58,632 bases of DNA from a virus (Duplodnaviria; Caudoviricetes), in IMG/VR virus record IMGVR_UViG_3300011118_002165, positions 1 to 58,632 of that record; one strand, written 5' to 3'. Both the position numbers and the translations under genes were made by a program. Below are positions 35,985 through 45,285 of the stretch, piece after piece. Position 1 is the stretch's first letter. Every line of letters starts with the position of its first letter. Below the pieces are notes generated by a model. That model did no database searches, was not told the DNA's origin, and worked only from the letters and a program-made list of their open reading frames with translations.

Positions 35985-36254
35985 GAATCCTTCACGCGAA
36001 TCCCTCACGGGCCCCTCATACGCGTGCACACGCGCCTCGCGCGGGGGTGGGCGTGAACGCGTGAAGGATTCATATAGAAGAGAGAGTGTGTGTTGTTATT
36101 ACTATACTTATAGCCCGCCGAATCCTTCCCGAATCCTTCACAACGGCCCGTGAAGGATTGTGAAGGATTCGCCGTCCAACGCCGAGTATTCAGGGAATCG
36201 CCGTCGAATCCTTCACGCCCGCGTGAAGGATTGGGAAGGATCTGTGAATGATTC
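35985..36254. repeat. Iteron-like array, ~11 copies of GAATCCTTCAC in both orientations around an AT-rich core (putative origin)
   Basis: Forward copies at 35985, 35998, 36120, 36131, 36206; reverse at 36061, 36150, 36160, 36223, 36233, 36244; AT-rich 36072-36112; directly after the primase-helicase stop. Confidence 0.8.
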
Positions 36255-36267
36255 CGGAGGGCGGTGG

Positions 36268-38655
36268 TCATGCCAGCTGGTACCCGTGTGCCGTCTTGGT
36301 CTTGGTCGGGATGTCTACCGGGAGGATCTCACCTTGCTGAATCAGGGTGGCCACCAGTTGGTCGAAGTCTGCGGCCTTGCACCGCATCACACGCAGCAGG
36401 TGCTGGCGCTGCATGCGACGCCCGGGCGCTTCGGAGAGCCTGCGGGTGAGCTTCAGGCACTCGGCGTGGAACGGGTTCTCCGCCACGTACGTCGCTGCCA
36501 AGTAGAGCTGGCGCCGGGTCTGGTGCATGGCGAAGGCGGTTGCCCACTCGATGGCGGGCAGGCCGATGACCGGATCCTCGTGGTTCTCGCTGCAGGCGTA
36601 GAGCAGGGCGAGCTTCTTCGCGTTCTCGCACGTACGCGCCCAGGCGACCTTTCCGGTCGCGTCGCCGCGGTCCTCTGACCTGGCGTACTCGTCTTCCGTC
36701 ATGCGCTGGAGAGCGTCCACGGCCTCCTGGGCCTCGGGCGTCGTGGGGACCACGCGTGGCTCGGGATGGATTGCGAACAGGTCCTTGCGGACCGAGCCGG
36801 GCTGGAACTCGGCCCACCAACGGGCCGTTTGGAGGATCGCCTCGGGCACGTTGCGGGCGGAGCCGGGCCTCTGGCCACGGCCGCGCTTGCCGATGTCGAC
36901 GATGATCAGCCTGGCGAAGAAGCCGTTGGTGAGCATGCGGTAGGACAGCGCCTCGTAGAAGTACTGGGGCGTGGCGGTCCCGAACAGGGCCAGGTGCGGC
37001 TGGTCGATGTGCCCCATCTCCTTCTGCCCGGCCTTGACGCGGATGGGGTAGACGTCGCTGGCCGACGTGCTCATCGTCAGCAGGATGCTGTGGATCGACT
37101 CGGTCTTGCCCTCGCGGTCCAGGTTGATCTGGCGCAGGACGCCGTCCATCTCGTCGTTCTGGAACAGCATGGCCGGCGAACGCGCCAGCGCGTCCTGGAT
37201 GCCCTGCCCACTGGCAAACTTGTCGCCGAGGGCGTGGACGAGCCCGATCTCGAACAGGATCCGGGCGTTGACCTTGCGCGGGAAGTCCTTGCCCGTGCCG
37301 GAGCCGGCCAGGGCGAGGATCATGATGTTGGTGCGCAGGTCGTCGCCGTTGCACACCTTCCGCCCGGTCAGCAGCGACATCAGGGCCATCGCGCCGCAGA
37401 ACGCCAGGCCACCGTTCGGGTACGGGGCCTTGGCCAGCGAGAAGTCCATGACCTGCGAGACGAAGCCGGGTACCTCGAAGAGGCGCTCGGGGATCGGACC
37501 CGGGTCGGCCATGTGCAACGCGGCGCCGCCCGTGTCGGTGGTGTCCGGCAGGCAGGCGTCCGCCTTCGCCACGATGGCTGAGGTGTCGACGTCGCTGTCG
37601 TCCGGCTCGTCACTGCCGTAGCCCTCCGCCCGTAGCGCGCGGGCGGCCTGCTCGAAGTCGCCGCCATGTTCCAGCAGCGCGTAAACGGCGAACGGTGAGT
37701 ACGCCTGGTTGGGTTCGAACGGGGCGGCATTCGACGAGAAGACGTAGAACACGCCGTCCTTCAGCGTGGCCGACGTGCCCGTCTGCTTGCCCGGCCGGCG
37801 CCAGTACTCGTTCTCGCCGCCCTTGACGCACACCCAGCCGTGCTGTTGGAGCACGGCCCGCACGTCGCCACGGGCGTTGAAGTCGTCGCCAGGGCGAAGA
37901 TCGCCGCCGCTTGGCGCACCGGCCGCCGGACCGCCCCCGGTCGCCCCAGGGGCCAACGTGTGGCCACGTGGGGCGGCCCGGGCCCTGCAGTCCGCCGCGG
38001 GGGGCACGTATTCGTTCAAGTCCCACGCACACCGGAGCAGGATGTCGCGCTCCTCGGCGGTCAGGACAGGCAACTTGCGGAAGTCGCCTTGGACGAGCGC
38101 GTAGCCCTCGGTTGGGTCGCACAGGAACAACCCGCCTTCACCCCGCGTCTCGATCAGCGTAATGATCACGGACCTCGAGCCGTCGTCGTCGGTGCGGACG
38201 AGGTACTCCTTGCCGTGGAGCACGACGACTTCCTTGCCCTTCTTGTTGAGCGTGATCTCCTCGTCCCGGACGGCGCGCTTGCGCTGGGCGAGCTTCAGGC
38301 TGCCGCAGACCTCCTCCTCTACGCGACAGGCCGTGTGCCATCCGTCGGACTGGCTCCCCTCGATGACGAGCTTCTCCAGCAGCCCCGGCGCAGCCGTCCG
38401 GACGCGCTTGCACCACGGGTCGAACAGCTCCCCCGCGAAGTCGAAGTCCGTCATCTCCAGGTTGCCGGAGACCTCGCCGCAGACCAGGCACACTCCGTCG
38501 TGGTCATTGGCGAACCATGCATCCACCTCGGCTGCGGTGGGCAGCCGCGTCTTGTACGGCTCCCACTTGCCTTTGATAGCCGGCCGCTTCTCGGCCCGAT
38601 GAGCCGGCAGGACGCACAAGCCGGCGTCGAGATATGCACGGGCGGCCTGCTTCAC
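36268..38655 (-). CDS. Primase-polymerase (Prim-Pol) fused to DUF3987/YfjI-like helicase
   Basis: AYLDAGLCVLP..EKRP, CGEVSGNLEMTDFD, IETRGEGG; WRRPGK; AGSGTGKD, NDEMD, LTNGFFAR. Confidence 0.88.
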   Translation of the reverse strand: MKQAARAYLDAGLCVLPAHRAEKRPAIKGKWEPYKTRLPTAAEVDAWFANDHDGVCLVCGEVSGNLEMTDFDFAGELFDPWCKRVRTAAPGLLEKLVIEGSQSDGWHTACRVEEEVCGSLKLAQRKRAVRDEEITLNKKGKEVVVLHGKEYLVRTDDDGSRSVIITLIETRGEGGLFLCDPTEGYALVQGDFRKLPVLTAEERDILLRCAWDLNEYVPPAADCRARAAPRGHTLAPGATGGGPAAGAPSGGDLRPGDDFNARGDVRAVLQQHGWVCVKGGENEYWRRPGKQTGTSATLKDGVFYVFSSNAAPFEPNQAYSPFAVYALLEHGGDFEQAARALRAEGYGSDEPDDSDVDTSAIVAKADACLPDTTDTGGAALHMADPGPIPERLFEVPGFVSQVMDFSLAKAPYPNGGLAFCGAMALMSLLTGRKVCNGDDLRTNIMILALAGSGTGKDFPRKVNARILFEIGLVHALGDKFASGQGIQDALARSPAMLFQNDEMDGVLRQINLDREGKTESIHSILLTMSTSASDVYPIRVKAGQKEMGHIDQPHLALFGTATPQYFYEALSYRMLTNGFFARLIIVDIGKRGRGQRPGSARNVPEAILQTARWWAEFQPGSVRKDLFAIHPEPRVVPTTPEAQEAVDALQRMTEDEYARSEDRGDATGKVAWARTCENAKKLALLYACSENHEDPVIGLPAIEWATAFAMHQTRRQLYLAATYVAENPFHAECLKLTRRLSEAPGRRMQRQHLLRVMRCKAADFDQLVATLIQQGEILPVDIPTKTKTAHGYQLA

Positions 38656-39077
38656 GCGATGACCCCCGTCTCGATGTCCCAGGGCTCCCAGGTCTCGGCC
38701 ATGGCGTCGATCACGGGCCGGGGTACGTCATGGACGTTGCGTTGGTCAGACAGGGCCGGCGTGATGTCCAGGTCTGTGACGCGCACGCGGTAGCCATGTC
38801 GGCGGGCCAGGTTCACCCAGTAGGCGACGTCCTCGCGGCGCGGCAGGACTTCGGCGATCGCCAGGTCGACGCTGGCCTCCATGGCCAGCAGAGCTACCTT
38901 CGTGGACCAGCCGATCGCCTCGACGTCCTGGCCCTCGCGGAACCGGTAGGCGCCACCGCGCGTGGCGTACATGTCCTGGGGCGAGATCACCAGGCAGCCG
39001 AGTCGGGCGGCGCGGGTGCTCTTGCCGGCCCCGGGCAGGCCGCGGATGATGTGGCAGATCGGTTGCTTGCCGCCCAT
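38652..39077 (-). CDS. P-loop kinase (AAA_33/polynucleotide kinase-like)
   Basis: IIRGLPGAGKST, RNVHDVP..VIDAM...WEP. Confidence 0.8.
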   Translation of the reverse strand: MGGKQPICHIIRGLPGAGKSTRAARLGCLVISPQDMYATRGGAYRFREGQDVEAIGWSTKVALLAMEASVDLAIAEVLPRREDVAYWVNLARRHGYRVRVTDLDITPALSDQRNVHDVPRPVIDAMAETWEPWDIETGVIA

Positions 39078-39087
39078 GGCTTCTCCC

Positions 39088-40818
39088 TCAGAAGGGAATC
39101 TCGTCGTCATCGATCCAGTCGTGGGGATCGGCGCGAACAGGCGTTTCCCGCTCGTCGCTGCCGTCCAGCCGCGGAGGGACGGGCCCAAGTTGGTGCTTCA
39201 CGATCCGGTCGTACTTCTCGCCTGCGACGGAGCGGACGGTGATGGCCAGCGTGGGTGCGAGGCCCCCGGCCTCTGCGATGTCCACGGCCTGCTCGATCAT
39301 CTCGGGAACCGGCTCGTGGCTGCGGGCCTTCCACCACGCCTCGGCTTTCTGCCGAGCGTAGCCGTCGTGCTCGAAGCAGACCCACTCGCTGTGGTAGTCG
39401 TTGAGGCCGCAGCGGTAGTCGACCCGCAGACTGCGCGGGTGGTCCTCTGGGGCGTCCCGCTTGACGTGGACGCTGTAGTAGACCTCGCTGACCTCGTAGT
39501 CGGTCTCAGTGACCTCGCCGGAGAGGATGCCCGCCGTCTCGGCCTTGTCGCTGTGCTTCTGGCGCTCCGGCGGCGGGAACTCATACCCGCACTCGGGGCA
39601 GACAGCGTAGGCGGCATGGATCACCGCCTGGCACTCGGGGCACTCCTTGGCCGGCGCTTCGCCAGTGCCGCCAGCACGGTCCTTGATCTGCAGCGCATCG
39701 ACCGGCCCGTGGCGCAGGATGTTGCCGCCGAAGTCCAAGACGAGGCAGTCGTCCTTCGACGGGTGGAGACGGAAGCCGCGACCGACCATCTGGTAGTAGA
39801 GGCCCGGGGAGTTCGTGGGCCGCAGCAGCGCCACGCAGTCGATGTTGGGCGCGTCGAAGCCCGTGGTCAGGACGTTGACGTTCACCAAGTACTTCAGCTC
39901 GCCGTCCTTGAACTGTTTCAGCGTCTCTGCACGCTCAAAGGGCAGCGTCTCGCCACAGACGAACCCGCACTCGTGGCCCGACTCGCTCAGGACGCGTTGG
40001 ACATGCTGGGCATGCTGCACGCCGGCGGCGAAGATCAGAACCGAGTGGCGATCCCGCGTGTGGTCCACGATCTCTCGGCAGGCGGAACGCACCAGCGAGT
40101 CGTCGTCCATCAGTGCCTCGACCTCGCCAGCGATGAACTCTCCGCCCCGGATGTGCAGATTCGACGTGTCGGCCTTCCGCCGGCCCGCCTTGGACTTCAG
40201 GGGGCACAGGAAGCCCTGGACGATCAGCTCGCGGACGCCCACCTCGTAGCAGACGTGGTTCAGCAGGTTGTCGGGCCCGCAGATCATGCCCGTGGTCATG
40301 CGATACGGCGTGGCCGTCAGCCCGATCAGGCGCAGGTTCGGATTGACCACCTGCGCTTCGGCCAGGAACGTGCGGTACATGCCCTCGCCGTCCGGCGGGA
40401 GCATGTGCGATTCGTCCAGAAGGATCAGATCGAAGGCATCGAGCTCCGCCGCCCTCTTGTAGACGCTCTGGATGCCGGCGACGATGATCGGGTGGTCGGT
40501 GTCGCGGCTCTTGAGCCCGGCCGAGTAGACGCCGATCCGGTTCCACAGGTCCGGCGCCATCGCGTGGAGCTTCTCGACGGCCTGTTCGAGCAGCTCCTTC
40601 ACGTGCGCCAGGATCAGCACGCGCCCGTTCCACTTCTGTACGGCGTCGCGGCAGATGGCGGCCATGACGGGCGTCTTGCCCCCGGCCGTGGGGATCACCA
40701 CGCATGGGTTGTCATCCCGGCGGCGCAGGTGGTCGTAGACGGCGTCGACCGCCTCGGTCTGGTACGGCCGCAGCACGATTGGCGGCGTCTTCGGCGGTGC
40801 GAACAGCCCTCCCGTCAT
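39088..40818 (-). CDS. SF2 helicase, RadD/YejH-like, with zinc ribbon
   Basis: LRPYQ, PTAGGKT, DESH, GLTATP, VLTTGFD, QMVGRG.R, CPEC..CPECG. Confidence 0.92.
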   Translation of the reverse strand: MTGGLFAPPKTPPIVLRPYQTEAVDAVYDHLRRRDDNPCVVIPTAGGKTPVMAAICRDAVQKWNGRVLILAHVKELLEQAVEKLHAMAPDLWNRIGVYSAGLKSRDTDHPIIVAGIQSVYKRAAELDAFDLILLDESHMLPPDGEGMYRTFLAEAQVVNPNLRLIGLTATPYRMTTGMICGPDNLLNHVCYEVGVRELIVQGFLCPLKSKAGRRKADTSNLHIRGGEFIAGEVEALMDDDSLVRSACREIVDHTRDRHSVLIFAAGVQHAQHVQRVLSESGHECGFVCGETLPFERAETLKQFKDGELKYLVNVNVLTTGFDAPNIDCVALLRPTNSPGLYYQMVGRGFRLHPSKDDCLVLDFGGNILRHGPVDALQIKDRAGGTGEAPAKECPECQAVIHAAYAVCPECGYEFPPPERQKHSDKAETAGILSGEVTETDYEVSEVYYSVHVKRDAPEDHPRSLRVDYRCGLNDYHSEWVCFEHDGYARQKAEAWWKARSHEPVPEMIEQAVDIAEAGGLAPTLAITVRSVAGEKYDRIVKHQLGPVPPRLDGSDERETPVRADPHDWIDDDEIPF

Positions 40819-41585
40819 GCCGCGACCTCCGCACCGTCGGGCAGGATGCACCGCCCCCCGAGGATGGGGATCGTGTAGAGCGTGTCGCTGCGCCGGCCAA
40901 GGTAGCCGAGGATGAAGGCGTTGACCCACTCGACGGGCCGGCCCGTGCCATACAGCGGGATCGGCTTGCATAGACAGCCGGAGCTGCGGGCCTGGATGAC
41001 CTTCCCCGGTGACCAGATGTTCTGCATGATGCTGGCGTCGGCGCGGTGTGTGTGCCCGTGGATGACGCTCTTGCCCTGACTGATCTGGAGGTGGTTCTTC
41101 GTCGCGTGCTTGGCGTAGGACCAGCCGTGCACGGCGATCACGCGGCCGTTGAGCTGGTAGTGCGGGTACCGCCCCGCGACCGAGCCGTAGGGCACGTACG
41201 TGCACTTCGACCGGCCCTTGGTCAGCCGGATGCGCGGCGCAAGCATCGAGTACGCCCCGCGCCCCTCGGCTGTCGCGGCCGCCCAGCGGTCGAGGCGATA
41301 CTCGTGATTGCCCTCGACCATCACCAGCCGGTCGCACGTCGCCTGGAGGCGGTCGAGCAACTCGTTGGCCAGGCGGAGATCTTCCACGTAGTCGGTGTCC
41401 GGCATGCCGTAGGTCGGCGGATGCGTCGAGAATTGCCCGCAGTCGAGCAGGTCGCCCAGGCACACGATCACGTCGGGCCGAATGCACTCGGGCGCCTGAC
41501 AGAAGACCTCCAGGGCCGGGCCGTTCTGATGGGGCACGTGCACGTCGCCGAAGGCCAGGAATGTCTTGCTGTGCGCCTTCGCCAT
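40815..41585 (-). CDS. Calcineurin-like metallophosphoesterase
   Basis: GDVH, GDLLD, GNHE, HG, HGHTH. Confidence 0.9.
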   Translation of the reverse strand: MAKAHSKTFLAFGDVHVPHQNGPALEVFCQAPECIRPDVIVCLGDLLDCGQFSTHPPTYGMPDTDYVEDLRLANELLDRLQATCDRLVMVEGNHEYRLDRWAAATAEGRGAYSMLAPRIRLTKGRSKCTYVPYGSVAGRYPHYQLNGRVIAVHGWSYAKHATKNHLQISQGKSVIHGHTHRADASIMQNIWSPGKVIQARSSGCLCKPIPLYGTGRPVEWVNAFILGYLGRRSDTLYTIPILGGRCILPDGAEVAA

Positions 41586-42244
41586 CACTCGTCCCCGACA
41601 ACCATAGCGGCCGTGCGGGCGTACCCGGCGATGTCCACTAGGTTGTCGCGCTTGTGCCGGTGGGCCTGGCGGGCGAGCTTGACGGCGATCATGCACAGCG
41701 GGATGTCCATGGGCGTGACGTGCTGGCCGTCGCGCAGTCGCCCGGCGAGGATGCCCGTCCAGAGCATCGCCGTGCGTGTGAAGTCCGCCAGCGGATGCCC
41801 GTAGTCCTGCTGCCGGTCGGCGGTGGTGATACGCTTCGCCTCGTCGAGCAGGGATTCGGACGCCTCCGCCGGTGCCTCGCGCACGACGGCGAGTCGGTGA
41901 AGGTTGACGCCGGGGGTGGGCGGGCGCTCCAGCGAGTCCAGCGTCTGCGTGTCGAGGACGGGCATGCCCAACTCCCAGGCGATCAGGTACTCGAGCTTCG
42001 CGCCGCGTGAGTCCTCCCAGCCAGGCAGCATGGCGACAGCGTCGCACGTGGCGAGCAGCTCGATGTCGGCGCGGAGGTACGTCTCGCGAGGCAGGTCCGT
42101 GCGCCCGTCGAAGTTCTCGGCCGGGTTGACCGTCTCCCACCCGGCCTCCTGGAGCCGCTTGGCGGCCGCGTGGAAGGCCGGGAAGTTGTGCTCGGGCAGG
42201 CCGGTCATCGGCCCGGCGATGTAGATGCGCTTGGGTTGGTCCAT
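41585..42244 (-). CDS. DUF4406 (deoxyribosyltransferase-like) fused to DUF6378-like domain
   Basis: IYIAGPMTGLPEHNFPAF..NPA..CDAVAMLPGWEDSRGAKLE; LDEA..DRQQDYGHP..F..A.LW..KLAR..DNLVDIAGYA. Confidence 0.8.
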   Translation of the reverse strand: MDQPKRIYIAGPMTGLPEHNFPAFHAAAKRLQEAGWETVNPAENFDGRTDLPRETYLRADIELLATCDAVAMLPGWEDSRGAKLEYLIAWELGMPVLDTQTLDSLERPPTPGVNLHRLAVVREAPAEASESLLDEAKRITTADRQQDYGHPLADFTRTAMLWTGILAGRLRDGQHVTPMDIPLCMIAVKLARQAHRHKRDNLVDIAGYARTAAMVVGDE

Positions 42245-42246
42245 CG

Positions 42247-42645
42247 TCAGTTGGCCTCCGCAGGGATAGTGCCGCCACAGAGCGGACAGCGGCGCAGTGG
42301 CATGTCATCGAGCCGGACTTCCAGCCTGCCGCCCTTGACGGGCTCTCGCCGGCGCGTGACCAGCAGGTCCACCTGACTGTCATCCTCGTAGATGCCTGCG
42401 TGCTCGAACACGTCGAGGACGGGCTTGGCGATGTTGTCGAGGTCGCGCCGGCGCCGGTCGGGCGGGAAGGCGTCCATCGCCAGTGCGACCCGCCCGCCGG
42501 CCGGGGGCTTCCGAGGCCCGCCGCCGCCAAGGAGGGCACAGACGTTCCTGCGGAATGTCCGGCCCTCCCGGCTGATCAGCGTGCGGGGGCCGACCCGGCG
42601 CCAGTAGTGGTTGATGCTCGGTGGCCAGGGCAGCGTGAAGATCAT
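42247..42645 (-). CDS. rusA: RusA-family Holliday junction resolvase
   Basis: LPWPPSINHYWR, PPDRRRRDLDNIAK..LD, YEDDSQV. Confidence 0.9.
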   Translation of the reverse strand: MIFTLPWPPSINHYWRRVGPRTLISREGRTFRRNVCALLGGGGPRKPPAGGRVALAMDAFPPDRRRRDLDNIAKPVLDVFEHAGIYEDDSQVDLLVTRRREPVKGGRLEVRLDDMPLRRCPLCGGTIPAEAN

Positions 42646-42929
42646 GCCGCCTCTCGTTCGAAGGGGATCTCGGCACCGACGTCGCCGGCCTCCTGCTCGC
42701 GGCGCCACCCCAGGAACTTCTCGAGTTCGCATGTCGCTTCCACGCGGCTGGCGAACTCCTTCCGGCAACTGGCGTCCTTGGTCCAGATCAGCCCGTCGAA
42801 CGGCTCAATGCTCATCCAGAGGCCGAATTCGGGATCGTGGATGCAGTAGAAAGTGCGGGTGACGACGTCGTCGCATGCTTCGGTGAATTTCACGACTCGT
42901 TCGTTGGAGTTTGTCTCCTTGGTCTTCAT
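42642..42929 (-). CDS. Hypothetical protein
   Basis: AGGAGG RBS; ATGA overlap with rusA. Confidence 0.6.
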   Translation of the reverse strand: MKTKETNSNERVVKFTEACDDVVTRTFYCIHDPEFGLWMSIEPFDGLIWTKDASCRKEFASRVEATCELEKFLGWRREQEAGDVGAEIPFEREAA

Positions 42930-42942
42930 GGTCGCGAGCCTC

Positions 42943-43401
42943 CTATCGCTTCCAGGGCGGGGTGCTGTTCGTGGCGGGCGCCTGCTGCGGCTGGCCGGCG
43001 GCGGAGGCCTTCGACTCGTAGCCCTTGATCTCGTTGGTCAACTCGCCGGTGTCCTGGCGCTTCTTGAGCTTCACGACGATGACCAGCGGGATGTTGTGCA
43101 GCTCGACGCTGTCTTTCGGCTGCATCACCCCGATGGCCCGGCAGATGGCCGACAGCTCGCCGCGGGCGATCTTGACCGCCGTGGCATTGGGGTTGTTGAG
43201 GTTCAGACGGGCCCAGAGCACGCGGTTCTTGCAGTCGCCCTCGACGATCGTGAAGGTGAACTGGAGATAGCTGCCGCTGCCGCTCTTGGTCGGCTTCATC
43301 TCCGACTCGGTGATCGCCGCGAGGTACTTGCCCGCCGGGATCGGGTCGAAGCTCGTGGTGGGCTCGACTTCGTTCGCATTGAATCCGTTCAGGTTTGCCA
43401 T
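42943..43401 (-). CDS. DUF669 family protein (phage SSB-like)
   Basis: FDPIPAGKY.A.ITESEMKPTKSG.G.YL, NEIKGY, PPW tail. Confidence 0.85.
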   Translation of the reverse strand: MANLNGFNANEVEPTTSFDPIPAGKYLAAITESEMKPTKSGSGSYLQFTFTIVEGDCKNRVLWARLNLNNPNATAVKIARGELSAICRAIGVMQPKDSVELHNIPLVIVVKLKKRQDTGELTNEIKGYESKASAAGQPQQAPATNSTPPWKR

Positions 43402-43405
43402 GGGG

Positions 43406-44200
43406 TCAGTTCTCCTTGCTGTCGGGGTTGGTCCCGGGGTTCGGGGCGCCGATCAGGGCCTGCATCAGGTCGGCCCATGCCAGGGGCAGCTCGGCCGGCA
43501 GGTCGAAGCGGTTCTTCGCCACGCAGGCCGGACTGCCAACGCACCGCAGAATGCGCTCGCCGCCGTCGGTGCCCAGCCCGGCGGCGGTGGTCCGCTTGCG
43601 GTTGAAGCCGGCCTCCTCGGTCGTGGTGATGATCTTGCGGGTCGCGAACAGCACGGCGTCGACCCACTCGGTGATCAGGGCCGTCGCGTGCTTGTGAAGG
43701 CGGGGCGAGTAGCGGTCGTAGGCCGAGTGCTCGGGGTCCTCGAACTTCTCGACCTTGGCGTGTGCCAGCAGGATCACGCACATGCCCCGCTGGGTCCGGA
43801 GGGCGTTGAGGTCGTTGAGGATCGACCGCCAGGGCGTCAGGGCGTGGGTGTAGCCCTTGGCGTAGCCGCCGTCGACCTTCTCGATGCTGGTTACCCCGTA
43901 CTGCTCGCACAGGGAATCCCAGATCAGGCGTTCGAGCCAGTCGACCGAGTCGAGAACGACGGTCTCGAAGTCATGGGGCTCCTGGAGCAGGGCCTGAATC
44001 GCCCCCTGGACGTCAGCCAGCGTGCGGGCCAGCGGGAAGGAGTGGCAGTCGATCTGGTCCAGGCCATCCTCGGTTGGGATGAAGACGGGCCTGGGCGCCT
44101 GGGCCGCCGTGGTGGATTTGCCGATGCCCTCGGTTCCGTAGATCAGCAGTCTCGGTGGTGAGTGGCGTCGGCCGCTGTGGACTTGCTTCATCAAGCTCAT
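43406..44200 (-). CDS. AAA_24 ATPase (Sak4-like recombinase)
   Basis: IYGTEGIGKST, TVVLDSVDWLE, LLAH, EWVDAVLF, AKNRF. Confidence 0.85.
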   Translation of the reverse strand: MSLMKQVHSGRRHSPPRLLIYGTEGIGKSTTAAQAPRPVFIPTEDGLDQIDCHSFPLARTLADVQGAIQALLQEPHDFETVVLDSVDWLERLIWDSLCEQYGVTSIEKVDGGYAKGYTHALTPWRSILNDLNALRTQRGMCVILLAHAKVEKFEDPEHSAYDRYSPRLHKHATALITEWVDAVLFATRKIITTTEEAGFNRKRTTAAGLGTDGGERILRCVGSPACVAKNRFDLPAELPLAWADLMQALIGAPNPGTNPDSKEN

Positions 44201-44258
44201 GGGCAGTTCCTCTTGCTCGTGGGTCTCGTGTTCTGTCACACCATGGCTGGCCAGCCAC

Positions 44259-44329
44259 TGGCAGGTGCGGGAGTCGAACCCGCGTTCCGAGGCCCTTCCT
44301 GCGAAGAGCCCCGGCAGCCCGGCCCTGCC
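44259..44329 (-). ncRNA. tRNA-like element 2 (acceptor stem and T-arm, no D-arm, long central helix)
   Basis: GGCAGG/CCTGCC-A acceptor, GCGGG-TTCGACT-CCCGC T-arm, CCGGGGCTCTTC-GCAG-GAAGGGCCTCGG helix; 71 nt. Confidence 0.6.
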
Positions 44330-44335
44330 GGATGT

Positions 44336-44402
44336 GCCCCGGGCGGGGGCCGGAATCGAACCGGCTGACAGGCCGCAGCCAACAACCAGTCCCGCCCGGG
44401 GC
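44336..44402 (-). ncRNA. tRNA-like element 1 (extended acceptor stem and T-arm)
   Basis: GCCCCGGGCGGG/CCCGCCCGGGGC 12-bp stem enclosing GCCGG-TTCGATT-CCGGC; 67 nt. Confidence 0.55.
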
Positions 44403-44412
44403 GATTGGGACG

Positions 44413-45234
44413 CTATGCCGCGTCCAGCATGCGAATCTCCTCGTAGCCCGTGGGCCAGCGGTCCAACTCGCCGCAGCGGACGAGCCGCCGGATCGCGGCC
44501 TCGTTCTCCTGGCGGGCGATGGCGAGGGTGTTCTCGGTGACGCGCCAGACGCCGCAGCGGAAGGGCTCGGCCTTCTCGACGGCGATGAGATGCACGGGGA
44601 CGTGCTCGTCGACGGCCTCAGCGAACACCGACTGATAGAAGGCGACCTGGTTGTGATAGCGGCGCCGCCGGGCGTCGGCCTCGAACCAAGTCAGGTCCGC
44701 AGTGGTCTTCAGGTCGACGATGCCCCGGAAGGGATGGACCCAGTCGATGCGAATCTGGCACGGCGTGCCGCAGTACCGTGCCCGGACAACGCCTTCGGAT
44801 CGGCCGTACAGGAGCAGCTCGACGACCTCATCGTTCATGGCCACACCGCCGGCCATCTGCTCGATGAGCTCGACTTGGTCCTCCGACAAGACCGGCTTGC
44901 CCTGAGCGGCCGCCCACTCGGCGAACGCCTTCGTGTTGGCCCCGAAGGGCCGGCCCGTCCGGGGGTTGATGGGGCCGCCGAGGGTAAACTGGCTCTCGTA
45001 GGCTTCCCGCCCCTCCAGGATGCGGCAATGCGCGCCGCGGCCGACGAGCAGCGCCGGCGTCTCAACGTCCTTGATCAGGCCCAGCCACTTCTTGTGGTAC
45101 AGCCACGGGCAGGCCATGAAGTCCAGCAGCTGGTGGCTGCTGAGGTACTCGCCGGCGAGGGCGTGGTACTCCTCGGCCGGCTCGGCTTCGAGGACACTCA
45201 GGTCGATGTGGAGGGCGTCGTCCATGGTTCGCAT
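44413..45234 (-). CDS. PD-(D/E)XK exonuclease (DUF3799/RecE-like)
   Basis: EEYH..LSSHQL, G.GAH..ILEG, SEGV, QIRIDW, IVDLKTT, YHNQVAFYQ, IAVEK.EP. Confidence 0.88.
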   Translation of the reverse strand: MRTMDDALHIDLSVLEAEPAEEYHALAGEYLSSHQLLDFMACPWLYHKKWLGLIKDVETPALLVGRGAHCRILEGREAYESQFTLGGPINPRTGRPFGANTKAFAEWAAAQGKPVLSEDQVELIEQMAGGVAMNDEVVELLLYGRSEGVVRARYCGTPCQIRIDWVHPFRGIVDLKTTADLTWFEADARRRRYHNQVAFYQSVFAEAVDEHVPVHLIAVEKAEPFRCGVWRVTENTLAIARQENEAAIRRLVRCGELDRWPTGYEEIRMLDAA

Positions 45235-45241
45235 CGCTCCT

Positions 45242-45285
45242 TTCCGGCACCCTCTACATCTGCACCTGAGCCGATTCTGTCGCGC
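45242..45285 (-). promoter_or_regulatory. 44-bp conserved phage promoter-like motif, copy B (recombination/replication operon)
   Basis: Same motif as 28600-28643; overlaps the sigma gene stop; ends 8 nt before ATG 45234. Confidence 0.8.

Noticed and set aside
35985-36254. CRISPR array
   Set aside because: Repeats are 11 bp, in both orientations and irregularly spaced; no cas genes.
44259-44402. Functional canonical tRNA genes or an att-site tRNA remnant
   Set aside because: No D-arm or 7-nt anticodon loop, and they lie mid-operon far from the integrase; kept only as tRNA-like elements.
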